From NCBI RefSeq assembly GCF_009914755.1, contig NC_060939.1: a DNA stretch of 64,000 nucleotides. The stretch is one strand, 5' to 3'. The notes below the pieces were generated by a model. That model was not told where the DNA came from. It did no database searches and worked only from the letters and a program-made list of their open reading frames with translations. Of the stretch, positions 39,406-54,088 are shown one piece after another (within the stretch, counting starts at the first letter, position 1; the number at the start of each line of letters is the position of its first letter). Position numbers and translations under genes: made by a program. Source of the stretch: the human T2T-CHM13v2.0 reference genome, Homo sapiens.

Positions 39406-40245
39406 AATGTCTTGGGTGGGCCATTCTGAGAAACCCAATTTTCTTGCTTAGGCTATGTTTAGAATCCAGAAAGTCACTTCAATTACCCCACTTTCCTTAC
39501 AAATCCAATCCGCTTCTTACCTCTCACTCCACCCTCCAGCCTCCCCGCCACTCCACTTGCCCCAGAATCTTTCTGCTAAATCCACTCCCCAGTCCACTCC
39601 ACGGTGGAACTGGGGGCTGGAATAAATTACCACCCCGGCCTCTCAATTAGGAAAAGGAAATCCACTCAGTCTCAGGGAATTTTAGGGGCCGGAAGTCTAA
39701 TTTTTTGATGTGAAAGCAGCACTTCTGTGACCTTATGGAGATTATGGCCTGGCCGGCCAGCCCCACTCCCATAATCTTTTGACCGTTTGATCTCCTGCTT
39801 ACACTGGACTGGGACAGAGCAGCCCAGTGATTCATTCCCAGATTGCACCCTCTAGCTGTGCCAGGGAGGAGAGGAAAAAGAAGGAAAAACAGTAGTTAGA
39901 TACTGTGGGTTAGAAAGCCCAATTTTGCAATTGCTCTTTAAAAATCAGACTCAGTGACATTACAACACTCCTTTGGAGGTATCAGTCCCTTCCAGGGACA
40001 GAAGCATATTTTGGGTCACGGAGAAGAGCATTTTGCAGGTTATATTAGAGATTCTGCCAGAAAATTTAACAAATCTAAAGTCTGCTTGCTTGATTAATTT
40101 TTAGGGTATGTTTTCCCCCTAGCTTTATTAGGGTACAATTAACAAATACAAATTGTATCTATTTGCAGTATACAGTGTTTTGATATGTTTATACCAAAGC
40201 TTTAAATATCTGAGAGGGATGTTAGGATGACATTTAGAAGGGTAA

Positions 40246-40673
<428 letters not shown>

Positions 40674-42339
40674 CCAATTTCTACTTATTGTTTTTCTCTG
40701 CTTCTATGTAGACCATCCATTTCTCTAAGACTCAATGATATGTCCTAGAAGATCTTTGGCCAAATGTCAGACTTATATCTTACAGATCCCAGAGTAGGGA
40801 GTAAGTACTACAGCTTCTAAAATGCTCTCACTCACATGCTTCATCAATGCAAATGACAGTTCGAAAGACCAAGAGCTTTTGGATTCTACTTGGACTTCTT
40901 TTGAAAGGAGACTTGGGCTCATCCTGCTGGCCTCTGCCCTCTGCTAACCTCCCAGGACTCCTGACTGGGCCTATGCTGGATACCAACCATACAAGATGAA
41001 TGTCTTGCCAAGCTGGATGTGGAAGTATATTTGGTCCTTTGAAGGTTAATGATCAATCCAGACCACAAATGGATGACAGTCAAACACTGCCTTGGGTGGG
41101 CTAATGGCTTGTGTTTCAGGACTGAGAACTCATTAACAGTCCCCCGCCGCCTTGTCTGCTCCTAGCGATTGGCCTCCACCTCCACTAACACTCAGCCCTT
41201 CCCTTGGCCCTTGGCTTTTTCTCTGCTTCAACCACAGGCTTTCTCTCTCTCTCTCTCTCTGAGCCTCGGCTTCTCTTATAGACTCTATCCCATTCTCATT
41301 CCAAGACACAGAACCCCTTCTTATCTACCTGAAGCTATAGTTGGTCATTGGTATCATGGAAAACAGGAGCTGACTATGCCTTAAAAATCATTTATTGCAG
41401 TGATTTTTAAACAATGTTTAAAGGAGCCTTGAGATTCCTTGGTGGCAAGCAACAGAGGCCACCGAATATGTGTATGTATGTGTGATGAGTACTCATAGCA
41501 GTGAATATTTGGAAAGCAGAGCCTCCAAAAGTCCCTTATGCACACATGCATACTTATCAATCAGAACAAAGGACTGGTATTTGTTTTATATATTGGGGGT
41601 AATTCATTGCTTGATTTTTTTTAAAAAAAGATTCTGTTATTTAAAGAAAATAGTTTAAATATCACAGTGATCCCATCCTGCCCCTTCATTATCTGCAGGG
41701 GCGCCCCTGAGTGTCCCCAGGTGAGATCTCCATGCCTACATTACTCTACACAGAATAACTCTCTCCTGGTTCCAGTCCCAAATAAAGAGGACAGAGCCTC
41801 ATGAGTCTATCTGGGCCAAAGTGGGTTATTGCCAAGAATAACCTGGCATCAGGGGATTCAAACTCTTTGCCTTCAAGCTCTGGCATTCCAGTAAGGGCTG
41901 ACTTGGAACTGTCACAGAGAAACTGGGGGACAGTAAATGCAGTCTAGCACTTGTTTGGAACTAGAGCATGGCTCAAAAATGATCACAATGAATAAACTTT
42001 GCTATCAGCTTTCTGTAAATAAATATACACACAATGCTAAATCCTTTTGCATTAGGACTTGAATTTGATTGTACATTCTTGGATACCTAAGAATCTCCCA
42101 ATACTGCTCTAGCTTGTAACTTTTTTTTTCAGAAAGAGTGTTTCCTCAGATGTCTAGATGTCTGTATATAAGTGAACATAATTACTATTTTTAAGAGGAG
42201 GGTGCCTATGTTCTTCATGCTTATAATACCCCCAAGAAACTTACAGAGAACACTATGCATGAGATTAAATTGCAATCCCTAAGGGAATCCCAGACTCACT
42301 CTGGATCAACAGTAGTTGCTAATGTGTTTAATGCAGACT

Positions 42340-42600
42340 ACGAGAATAACAATGATCATATTAATACTATTTATGGAGCACTTCTATGTACCAGATGCAA
42401 TGCTATGTACTGTATATGTAATCTTCACAATATTTACATGGGACAGGTTCTCTGTTCTTATTCTGCAGAAAAGAACACTGATGCTAATATTCAAGAATAA
42501 GCATATCTAAAGTTAAAGCTTCAATGTGGCAGGAGTAGGAGTCAAGCAAAATTCATCTGACTCCAAAATGAATATTCTCAATTGCAATGCTAAGTACTGT
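42340..42600 (-). mobile_element. MIR SINE
   Basis: ATTTATGGAGCACTTCTATGTACCAG, TAATCTTCACAA, TCTGACTCCAAA. Confidence 0.65.
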
Positions 42601-43366
42601 TATGCTGCTCCTATTGGAACATGGGACACAGACCTCACTAAATGGTGGTGACCAAGGTGAGAGAATATGAGAGGACAGACAATAACCTTATCTTGAGTTA
42701 AGCTTCCCTAGGCTTCTACTCTCAATGCCAAGAGATTCCTTTCTCAACTAATAATGATGCGATGAAGTGCAGCATGAGCTCAAGAGATTTATTTTGGATC
42801 AATGAGTCCCCTGACATGTCCTACTGAAACAGTCAAATATCTAAGGCATTGCTCAGACCCAGCTGCCAGTAACCTGCCTTTGAGCCACTAAGCCATAAAA
42901 GAAAAAGATCCCAACCAACACGTGCTAGGAGACACCCAAGCCAAATCAAGCAGAAACAAGAGACTCAAGAAATGTGGATGGCATGTGAATAGCTCATATA
43001 TTCAGCTGTTGTGCATTGAGTACATAATTTAGTGCTGAGCTTTGGCATTCTGATGCACCTCCTTCCCCTCCCCACACCCATCTGTCCCCATCAACCAGTT
43101 GTCTGACCAACTGCAGAGACAACTGGCTGGTCTCTCCTTCTCTCTCGCTCTCTCCCCATTTTTATATATGTATATATTTGACTCTGAATACACACTATAT
43201 GTAATTTTTACTTAACTAACATGGAAGAGTAGCCTTTATGGTAGGTAACTAATGACCTCATTTCTTAGGAGATGAAAGAAGGAACAGATACACCTACCCC
43301 TCTGCACACTAACTGTCCCGGGGTCAGGGCATTATCCTAGTGGGGTCCATTTAGATGTGGTATAGA

Positions 43367-43522
43367 TCAGTGAATCACAAATTTTAAAGTACAAAAAAAG
43401 TCCCCTTGGGATTTTATTGCAATGCAGAGTCTTATTTGGTGGGGCCTGGGATTCTGCATTTCAATCAGGCATCCAGGTAATGCCACTGGGGTTGTCTGAG
43501 GATCATACTTTGAATAGAAAAG
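43367..43522. mobile_element. MER5-family hAT-Charlie MITE
   Basis: GGTGGGGCCTGGGATTCTGCATTT...CCAGGTAATGCC...GATCATACTTTGAATAG. Confidence 0.7.
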
Positions 43523-43774
43523 GACGAACATAAGAAAAAGAAGATGACAGTGACCAGAGGAACATGGACGAAAAGGAGGAAAGAAAGTTCCTTAAAAAAC
43601 ACTCCTGACTCGCTACAAAAAAAGAGAGATTAAGAGATGGGAGAATGGGGGCTCTGCCTTATTTTGACAAAACTATGTCTAAGAGAATTGCAGGAATCTA
43701 AGCCTCAGAATTTGTAGGCTAATTCAGGAATGTCTTGATCCTATGTGGGTCATTGTCATGGAATGGCCAGAGGA

Positions 43775-43925
43775 ATGTTTCTCAATCCTGGCTGTGTTTT
43801 AGAATCACTAGAGTGTTAAAACCATATTCATGCTATGTTTCTATCAAAAGAAAATATCTGGAAGTGGAGTCCTGGCTTCAAGTTTGTTTGTTTGTTTGGA
43901 TCTCTCCAGGTGGAGAACCCCTCGT
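43775..43925. mobile_element. MER5-family MITE (MER5A1-like)
   Basis: GTTTCTCAATCCTGGCTGTGTTTTAGAATCACT...CTCCAGGTG.AGAACC. Confidence 0.6.
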
Positions 43926-44189
43926 CTAACTGTTCCATGTGGCAAAGGGTATTCTGCATTTTAAAAGCCTGAATTAAAGAAGTTCATAGCTGAATCATTC
44001 TCTGGCTGGGACAGGGCTAATCCAGAAGTTTGATTCAGTGGAACAAATTGCCCTACTTAGGTGAAAAACTGAAGCTTGGATATTTTTCAATTTGGGGATT
44101 GCTGTATTCTACTTGCAGATGGTTTTCAGAGTGATACCAGGTGGACTCATGAATAGAACATTCTCAGCCCAAGTCTGGTCACAAACCAG

Positions 44190-44639
44190 ATATAGATGTT
44201 ACATGATTTATTATAAGGAATTGGCTTATCCCATTACAGAGGCTGAGAAGTCCCAAGATCTGCAGAGGGCAAGCTGGTGACCCAGGACAAATATTGGTTT
44301 TTCCAGTCCCAGCCTGAAGGCCTGAGAACCAGGAGAGCCAATGGTGTAAGTTCCAGTCCGAATCTGAGTCTAAAGGCAGGAGAAAACCAATGTCTCAGTG
44401 CAAAGAAAGGCAGAGAGAGCTTGAATCTCCCTTTCTCATCTTTTTGTTCCATTCAGGCCTCCAATGGATTGGATAAGGTCCGCTCATATTGGGGAGGGCA
44501 ATCTGCTTTACTCAATCCACTGATTCAAATGTTAATCTCATCCAAAAACACCCTCGCAGACACACCCAGAATAACGTTTGACCAAATACCTGGACACCTT
44601 GTGACCCAGTGAAGATGACACATCAAATTAACTATCACA
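44190..44639 (-). mobile_element. MLT2-family (ERVL) LTR
   Basis: ATTTATTATAAGGAATTGGCT...GAGGCTGAGAAGTCCCAAGATCTGC...GACACATCAAATTAACTATCACA. Confidence 0.88.
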
Positions 44640-44709
44640 TCATAGGATCTCATGGAAAGATGATTTAGAGCCAGCTCTACTACTTACTATTCATTAAGAG
44701 AGGCTGTCA

Positions 44710-45066
<357 letters not shown>

Positions 45067-45589
45067 TTAAACACTATCTTTAAATATCTTCCAACAGCAA
45101 TGTTATCAAATAACGTGTGTATGTATATATTCCACCAGCCCCTTAATTTGGTCCAGCTTCTAGAATATCATTATAAAACCATGAGCCCTCTGCTGTAGTG
45201 AGAATCCCTGGATGTTGTTCCTGCCCTGTTTATTCTTTCATATTCCCCTCCCCATTCTCCATCTAAATCCTACCAGTCCTCTAAGGCCAGCTTATATTTC
45301 ACCTTCTTCGTAACACATGTGCTACTAGTCACTCCAGCTCATGATAATCTCTGTTTCTTTGGGCTTCATGGCTCTTACTACTGTTATAAGGCTTTCTTGC
45401 CACTTTATTACATACTATCTGATATTTCTTGTATTGAGGCTGGAAGTCAGAACAATTAAAAACTGGAACATTGGTGTCATATATACCTAGGTTCAAATCT
45501 GACTTTGCTATTTATTAGTTATATAGCCCTGGGAGGGTATTTACCTTCTCTGACTTTCAAGTGCATTAGTAGAATAAGAATGACAATGC

Positions 45590-45691
45590 ACAAGTCAAAC
45601 TCATAGAAGCAGAGCGTAGAATGGTGGTTGCCAAGGGCCAATGAGTGGGGAAAATGGGGAGATGTTGGCCCAAGGGTTAAAAAAAAAAAAA
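45590..45691 (+). mobile_element. Short L1MA-type 3'UTR fragment followed by poly(A)
   Basis: AAGTCAAACTCATAGAAGCAGAGCGTAGAATGGTGGTTGCC...GGGGAGATGTTGG. Confidence 0.8.
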
Positions 45692-45697
45692 GAATGC

Positions 45698-46745
<1,048 letters not shown>

Positions 46746-46808
46746 CTGCAAGCTTTTTTAAGGAAAGAACTTTAGAACTTTTTCTTATACTTTTATACAA
46801 CTCTCTAC

Positions 46809-47015
46809 CAGTGCTGCCCAATATAACTTACTGCAATGATGGAAATGGTCTACCATCTTTGCTGTCCAATATGGTAGCCACCAGCTACATGTGACTATTG
46901 AGTAGTTGAAACATAGCTAGTGCAAGTCAGAAACTGATTTTTCTATTTTATATAATGTATTTAATTTACATGACAAGTTCCATGTGGCCAGTGACTACCA
47001 TATTGGACACAGCAG
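46809..47015. mobile_element. MER3 hAT-Charlie MITE
   Basis: CAGTGCTGCCCAATATAACTTACTGCAATGATGGAAATG...GCTGTCCAATATGGTAGCCAC...CTACCATATTGGACACAGCAG. Confidence 0.88.
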
Positions 47016-47665
47016 ACAAAGGTACCTTGCACAAAGTAGATGCTCAGTAACATTTATTGACTGGATGGATGAATTAGTGATTAAATGAACCAAATTATAA
47101 ATAATACAGTGCTGATATTTTTACAAGTAGATAATTTTGCAAGCTACTTCTCTGTTGCTATACACTCTGGAGTAGTTTTCTTGCCACAGGAAAGACTAGC
47201 AAATGCTGAAACACATAAGCAACATTCTATTTTTAGGTCTCATTTTTTCTTTGCTCAGTATAAATTCATTCTGACTCTGAGGTCAGCCCCTTTTGTTTTT
47301 CAAAAATAAAAAAAAATGTAATGTACATGTTGTGTTTAATGGTGAGTTCTCGTTATGACATTTCCCTTCAGGAATGAAAGAGGAAGAGATCAGTTATTGT
47401 CAATGCAGCCACAAGCAAATTCAGCCATCTTCCTCAACACTGAAGAGAAATGTCAAAAAAGATTAATCATGCATTAAAGACGCATGGACATGTTATATCT
47501 CTCATATATTGAAGGACTGTGACATATTTAAACATTTGTAGACCATTATTAGATAATAAGAGCTTGGCAGCCTCTAAATAACGTTTATAGTAGTAGCTCT
47601 ATGATCTCACCCATCTTAAAACAAAGACGGAAATATTTCATTGATAATTCATCTGAATGGTAGTT

Positions 47666-48032
47666 TGGTTCTTTGGGAGTTTTTTATTTTGTGTGTTTTT
47701 GTTTTGTTTTCATCTTGTTTTTGACACAGGGTCTCACTCTGTCACACAGGCTGGAGTGCAGTGACACAATCATGGCTCACTGCAGCCTCAACCTCTCAAC
47801 CTACTGGGGCTCAAGAGATCCTCCCACGTCAGTCTCTAGAGTTGCTGGGACTACAGGTGCACATTACCATGCCTGGCTAATTTTTGTGGGGTTTTTGTGT
47901 GTGTGTTTTTTTTTATAGAGATGTGGTCTCACTCTGTTGCCCAGGCTGGTCTTGAACTCCTGGGCTCAAGCGATCCTCTCCCCTCAGCTTCCTAAAGTGC
48001 TGGGATTGCAAGTGTGAGCTGCCACAACTGAC
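47666..48032 (-). mobile_element. AluJ
   Basis: CAATCATGGCTCACTGCAGCCTCAACC, CTGGGCTCAAGCGATCC. TSD TGGTAGTT. Confidence 0.92.
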
Positions 48033-48294
48033 TGGTAGTTGTTTTTAAGAATGCTGACCCTTTAAAAAAAATCTTTGTATTGTTGAATTTGCTTCTTCAT
48101 CATTTAGTGTTTTTAAAACGTCACATTTGAACAAGGCCTTATTGTTTTAGATCCATGTCTTCTTCCTAGAGTGACAGTTAAAAAAACAAGATAGAGGAAG
48201 TCATAAAGAGATGATGAAGGACAGGGAGAGAGGAGGAACGTGATCTTCAACCTGAATAGAGGAGTTTGGGATCTTAAACACAGTGTAACCCCAC

Positions 48295-48592
48295 AACATT
48301 TTACTAAGTGAAATGGACACATATTATGTGATTTCACTTAAATGAAATATCTAGAATGGGCAAATTCATAGGCAGAAAGCAGATTGGAGGTTACCAGGGA
48401 CCTAGAGTAAATGGCAAATGAGGAGTTACTACTCCATGAGTAGAGTTTCTGTTTAGAGTGATTACAAAGTTTTGCAAATAGATAATGGTGATGGCTGCAC
48501 AGTATTGTGAATGTAGTTAATGCCACTGAATTGTACACTTAAAAATGGCTTAGATGGCAAATTTTGTGTTATATATATTTATGGTAATTTTC
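48295..48592 (+). mobile_element. L1MB 3'-end fragment
   Basis: ATGAAATATCTAGAATGGGCAAATTCATAG...GGTGATGGCTGCACA...AATGCCACTGAATTGTACACTTAAAAATGG. Confidence 0.88.
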
Positions 48593-49137
48593 AAACACAG
48601 AATTGGTAGTTCAGTAGATCTCACATGAAAGAAAAATAACACTTGGAGAGGCCAACAGCCAAGTTTAACCCCAAGTATTTAGCCCAGCAAAGTAATGATA
48701 AAAACCTCTAACATCAGGACTTTGATTTTGACAACTAATGTCCTGTAAGGAAATAAGTCTGTCCTCCAAACAACTGCAATGAAATAATAACCAACGGCAT
48801 AAACTGGAGGCAGAGGAAGGGATGGTAATAGGGTTTGAGGAAGGCTACTGGAGGGCACACTTCACCTTTGGGTGATACACTGGAGTACAACTATATCCTC
48901 CCACGAACATCTCATGGGGCCACCGGCAGAAAAAGAATGATGGGCTGGAGTCAGTGAACTGACTTAATGTGGCATTTCTTGAGTGGTGTGTGGCTGTACT
49001 ATGATATTAGTACTAGAAAGGACTCTCAGCGCCATTTTTTCATCTCTTTAACTTGAAGCAGGACCACAATCAAGCCATCTCAAGCTGAGAACTTACACTT
49101 TTTCCGAAGACTTCCAAAGTGATCCCGGGGGTATCTA

Positions 49138-49430
49138 TTTTTTATTTTGAGACAGGGTTCTTGCTATGTTGTCCGGGCTCGAGTGCTGTGGTGTGATCAT
49201 GGCTCACTGCAGCCTCAGCCTCTTGGGTTCAATTGATCCTCCCACCTCAGCCTCCTGAGAAGCTAGAATTACCAGCATGCGTCACCACCCTTAGCTAATT
49301 TTTGTATTTTTTGTAGAGATGGGGTTTCACCATGTTGCCCAGGCTGGTCTTGAACTCCTGGGTTCAAGCAATCTGCCCACCTCGACCTCCCAAAGTCCTG
49401 GGAATCCAGGCGTGAGCACTGCTCCCGGCC
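49138..49430 (-). mobile_element. AluJ (Jb-like)
   Basis: GATCATGGCTCACTGCAGCCTC, two monomers. Confidence 0.92.
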
Positions 49431-49626
49431 CCATGGATGTCTAATCCACATCTCCTAGATGGGAATTTACTCTCCTCCTTTTGTTCTGACTAATTAGAAG
49501 TAGACAGGAAGCCACAATCAATTTGTTGCTAACCTCTTAAGTTTCCCATCTGTCTTTCACAACCCAGATCCTGGAAATGGCTAAGGTGCTTCAGGACGAG
49601 GGTAACCCATAGTGCATTGCATTTCC

Positions 49627-50215
49627 TGTAAGTAGCAACCAGGGTTCAGGCAGGAAAGCAGAGCCAAAATGATTATTACAGGAGTAACGAATTGAATATA
49701 GGAATGAGATGATACACAAATTTGGGAGGACCTGAGTAAAGTCTGGAAGCAAGAGTCAGAGGAGCAGAGCAAGTGTCACCAACCGTGCATGGATGGACAT
49801 GTCAGGACTTGTAGGGAAATCTGAGAAGCCAGGCACGTCTAGCTGGCAGAGTAAGGCCATAAAGGAGGAGCTGATGGAGAGGTCTAAGGGAGGCCGTGCT
49901 GCCTCCCTGCCACTATGTGGGCCACGGCCAAAAGCTGTGGAGGGCCTGGCGCCATTGTTGGTCAGCAAGGCCACAGGCAGAGAAAATGACCCAGAAGCAG
50001 AGCAGAAGAATGCAAAGACCAGCTGGAACCTGCCAGACATCTCTGATTCTACCCATTACCATAATGACCGCACAGCCTTCTATGAGTAAGAGCTGCTGCT
50101 TTCCTTCTGTCTTCCAAATCTCACACCAATTTCTCCTTTGACCGAATCTAACTCTGAACCATGTTGGTACCAGCGTAACCAAGTTGAAATGGCATAACAT
50201 AGCACAGTGTATCAC
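49627..50215 (-). mobile_element. ERVL LTR (LTR41-like)
   Basis: GGGAAATCTGAGAAGCCAGGCACGTC, TGTTGGTCAGCAAGGCC and CTTCCAAATCTCAC motifs. Subfamily from memory. Confidence 0.6.
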
Positions 50216-50499
50216 CTTTCTATGTCTTTCAATTAATGTCTAGATTTAAGCTTAAAGGCATTGAAAATGTTCCTTAAATCTAAATGAAAATAGTTCTTAT
50301 TCATCCTATTCTTACCCTATTTGGGTGAATAAAATATTGAAAACTGACTCTTAAAAATCATGGGTATTTCACTTTTTCCCTGCTGACACTGTTCATTTAC
50401 TTCATGGCAATTGATGGTAGAAAAAGATAGCACTTTGTTACTCCCCATCACATCAGGCTGAGTTACAAGACTGTCATTCCACATTTTCAGTTCAATTGT

Positions 50500-50900
50500 A
50501 AAGCATTATCTATCAACAAATTGAGCAGTTTCTAAATTGGCTGTCTTTACATAATGCCTAACATCCAGAAGTATTGTTTGCAGTGATAAAAGCTTGGAAA
50601 CAACCAAAATATCCATCATTAGGAGAGTGGTTAAATAAATTATGGAACAAACATGCAGTGGAGTACTATACAGCCTTTGGGAAAAAATAAGGCACAACCC
50701 TGATTACGGAAACTTCACAGTGTTTTTTGTTAAGCGAAAAAGGCAATGTGAAAACAGTGTATGTGGTACCATTAAACAAAGGGGCGCGTAAAATACATAG
50801 ATGCATATATGCACATATTGTGTGTATTCCCTCCAGGGAAAGTGAGTGGGAATGGAGGGGGAGAAAGAATGTATAATCTTTGAATTTTGTGCCATATGTT
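50500..50900 (+). mobile_element. Old L1ME/MC-type 3' fragment
   Basis: TGGAAACAACCAAAATATCCATCA.TAGGAGAGTGGTTAAATAAATTATGG...GGAGTACTATACAGC. Confidence 0.7.
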
Positions 50901-50926
50901 TGTGTTGCTTACTAGATAAGTGGGTG

Positions 50927-50990
50927 GATAGATAGATAGATAGATGATAGATAGATAGATGATAGATAGACGATAGATAATTGATAGTTG

Positions 50991-51037
<47 letters not shown>

Positions 51038-51059
51038 GATAGATAGATAGCTAGATAGA
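50927..51059. repeat. Complex (GATA)n tetranucleotide STR; longest pure run (GATA)11 at 50991-51034
   Basis: Seen directly. Confidence 0.97.
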
Positions 51060-52469
51060 CCCACATATTAACAATGGTCTACTCTCTGATATAGTATGAC
51101 CTGGCTTATTTTACCTTTAAATCCTCTGCTTTCGGCATCAAGAATGCCCAGGAGAAAAAAAAATGTTATCATAATCTGTATCATAATTAGAAAACCAAAT
51201 TTACATATTGGGTCAATGTACCAAAGTGCACATATAGAAAGACATGGAAAAAATGTATTACTTCCTCTGTTCTGCTTCATTTCATTCCTCAATATAACCA
51301 ATATTTTTGTATATGTTTGTACATTTTGTCACATGAATTTAGAGATGATGCAAATTACCTGTTATAAGTGATTCTTCTTTGAGACACCACCTATTCTGAA
51401 CTACGGAAAAAACTTCCTTGCTCTCATCACCAGAACCAGTTATTATGGGGGGAGAATATTGTACTAATCTAGGTCCGTTAAGAGGCTTATTCTGCCCCCT
51501 CTACTTTTCCTGGACCACCTGCTACAGGAGGATTGGATTTGCTGTTTCTCCTTTGTAATTCATTTCCTCTGTCTAAATTACATTTCCCTGTTTCATTCCA
51601 CCCAGATGTATTACAGGTGATCAACTTCGGAACTCCCTTGTCCAATAGCCACACGTTCTTCCTTGAATGTAGCTGTCCAAGGTTAGAAGCCAACTGTATT
51701 TTGCACGAGATCCTACTCTTGTGCGATATAAATCAGAGCTTTAAGAGAGGAGCGGGTCAGTATGGGCTTTAGGTTAGTACTGATTTCCTGGGAACTGAGA
51801 AGAGCTTCTCTCTTACATAGGCTCTGTCTCTCCCTTTCTATTTCCTTCTGGCCCTTTATTAGCTAATATCCATGTTCAATATATTTGGCAGTGGTCATTA
51901 CAAAAAGGGGTTTGGCACATAATCAGGGAACAAGGGCTTTCTCCTTTGGTACTACATCAACCATCTCTTGATTAATATGCAGAATTAAAGGCACTGAAAA
52001 ATTGTTAGATTGGCATTTTAAAAAATAGTTATTAGATTTCTTTCTTACAAGAAATTCTGGCCTTTCCTTTGTTTCTTGCCATGGCCTGTCTGTATGCAAA
52101 AGGACACCCACTCTTCATGAATCCCATTCGTGGCTCTTCCACTAGCACTGCACGACCCTCTCAGTTGCTTGATGAAGAATAGCAACTTGGAGGTGAGGAT
52201 TGTATCGGCATATCCATGCAGCTGCATCTTTGATTCTCAATCCAATCTATAGTTTCTGATTATTCGCAGTGTGAGAAGCTGACTTACTACAGCTGTCTCC
52301 ATTAGGGATGGCTTATTTAGAGATCATTAAAAAATAGATGAGACTGATGCTCTGACCACCAGCATTAGTATTTTACCACACCTCTCTTCTTCCTCAGAAA
52401 GCTTTTGGAGACTAGGGTGAATGTCACTGGTTTTACACGTCTGTTATTATGAATTCTTTTTCTCAGCCT

Positions 52470-52805
52470 ATTCCAGCTGCACTAGGTTTCTGGCTCTCCT
52501 TCTAACTCAGGGCCTTGGCACCTACTATTCCCTCTGCCTGGAATGCTCCTCCCCAAAAGAGCCACGTGACTCACTCCTTCACTTTCTTCAGGCTGTTGTT
52601 CAAATCACTTTCCTATTGGTCGCCCTGTTTAATATGACCCCCTGCACTTCCTATCCCATGTAATGCTTTTTTTTTTCCTCCAAGGTCCCTCACTTTGTAT
52701 GTTTTAATTTTTGTTATTGTGTCACTCCAAGTTCCAAGAGGGCAGGGATTTTTGTCTCCTTTGTTCACTGCTATATCCCGTTTGCCTGGCACACAGTAGG
52801 TACAC
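52470..52805 (+). mobile_element. L2 3' fragment
   Basis: CTCAGGGCCTTGGCAC...TTCCCTCTGCCTGGAATGCTC, GAGGGCAGGGATTTTTGTC, GCCTGGCACACAGTAGG. Confidence 0.85.
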
Positions 52806-53019
52806 TGGAAGGAAGGAACAACTTAATTGTTGTAATTCCAGTTCTCCTCCCCTTTTTGATGAATGGGCTAACCTGATACAATGCCCTCAAGACCCAAAGA
52901 TGGGTCAGCACCAATACTTCATGGCATTAAGACATGCAGATGGGTCAGGAGCCAATACTTATCTATCAACTGCTAGTCTGTTCTAAGCATTTTGTATTTT
53001 GACTCTTATCATTTTGTCT

Positions 53020-53575
53020 ATCCAGTACCATCACCATTCCATCCCAACCATTTCTTGGAGACTTCCATCCCTTCTTCTGAGAACTTCTCCTTGCCAACTC
53101 CATCCACACAGCCACCATAAGAGCTCTGTGTTAACACAGAGTGGCTCCAGCTCTTGGGCCGCATTGTTGGGTACAGGAATAGACCTCTCACTCAAGCGAA
53201 ACCAAAGACCTGGCTCAGAAAACTTGGAATCCCTACCAGGAGATCCAAACTCAGCCTGGTTGTTCTACTGATTTGAGAAAATATAAGTCTGGGAGCTGCT
53301 GTTGGCAAGCCACGTTTTCCTTCATGGAGACTGGCAAACAAGGAAAGCTGGTCTGTGGCAGAGAGAGGAACAAGCCTGCAGAGAGGCACAGAGATGTGAT
53401 ACCAAGTGTAGTCCTGAGGCCCTGGGAGTCCCTGATTTCAGTCCTTGGGAGAGTCAGCTGTACTTCTCTCCTTGAATTATTAAATACCTGTGCAATCCTT
53501 ATACTGCATTCTCCCTTTTTTCTTAAACAAATTAAAGCTAATTTTCTATCACTTGTTAAGAAAACTTTACTAATT
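53020..53575 (+). mobile_element. Old MaLR LTR (MLT1K/L-like)
   Basis: ATATAAGTCTGGGAGCTGCTGTTGGCAAGCCA, TTTTCTATCACTTG...TTACTAAT end. Confidence 0.5.
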
Positions 53576-53800
53576 CATTTAATGCTGACAGAAGCCTGAT
53601 GAGGCAGCTCATCTCTCTCTGACTTCAGAAATGAGGAAGACTTGGGAAGGTTATGTTTTCCTCCAGTTGCTGGAGGAAAGTGGCAGAGCTGGGATTTGAT
53701 CTCAGGCCAGCCTGATTCCAGAGCATGTATTAAGACTTCCATCCTGTCATTCAGTCAAGTCCAACCATCCTGATGGTTTGTCTGTTAAAAATGATTTATT

Positions 53801-54088
<288 letters not shown>

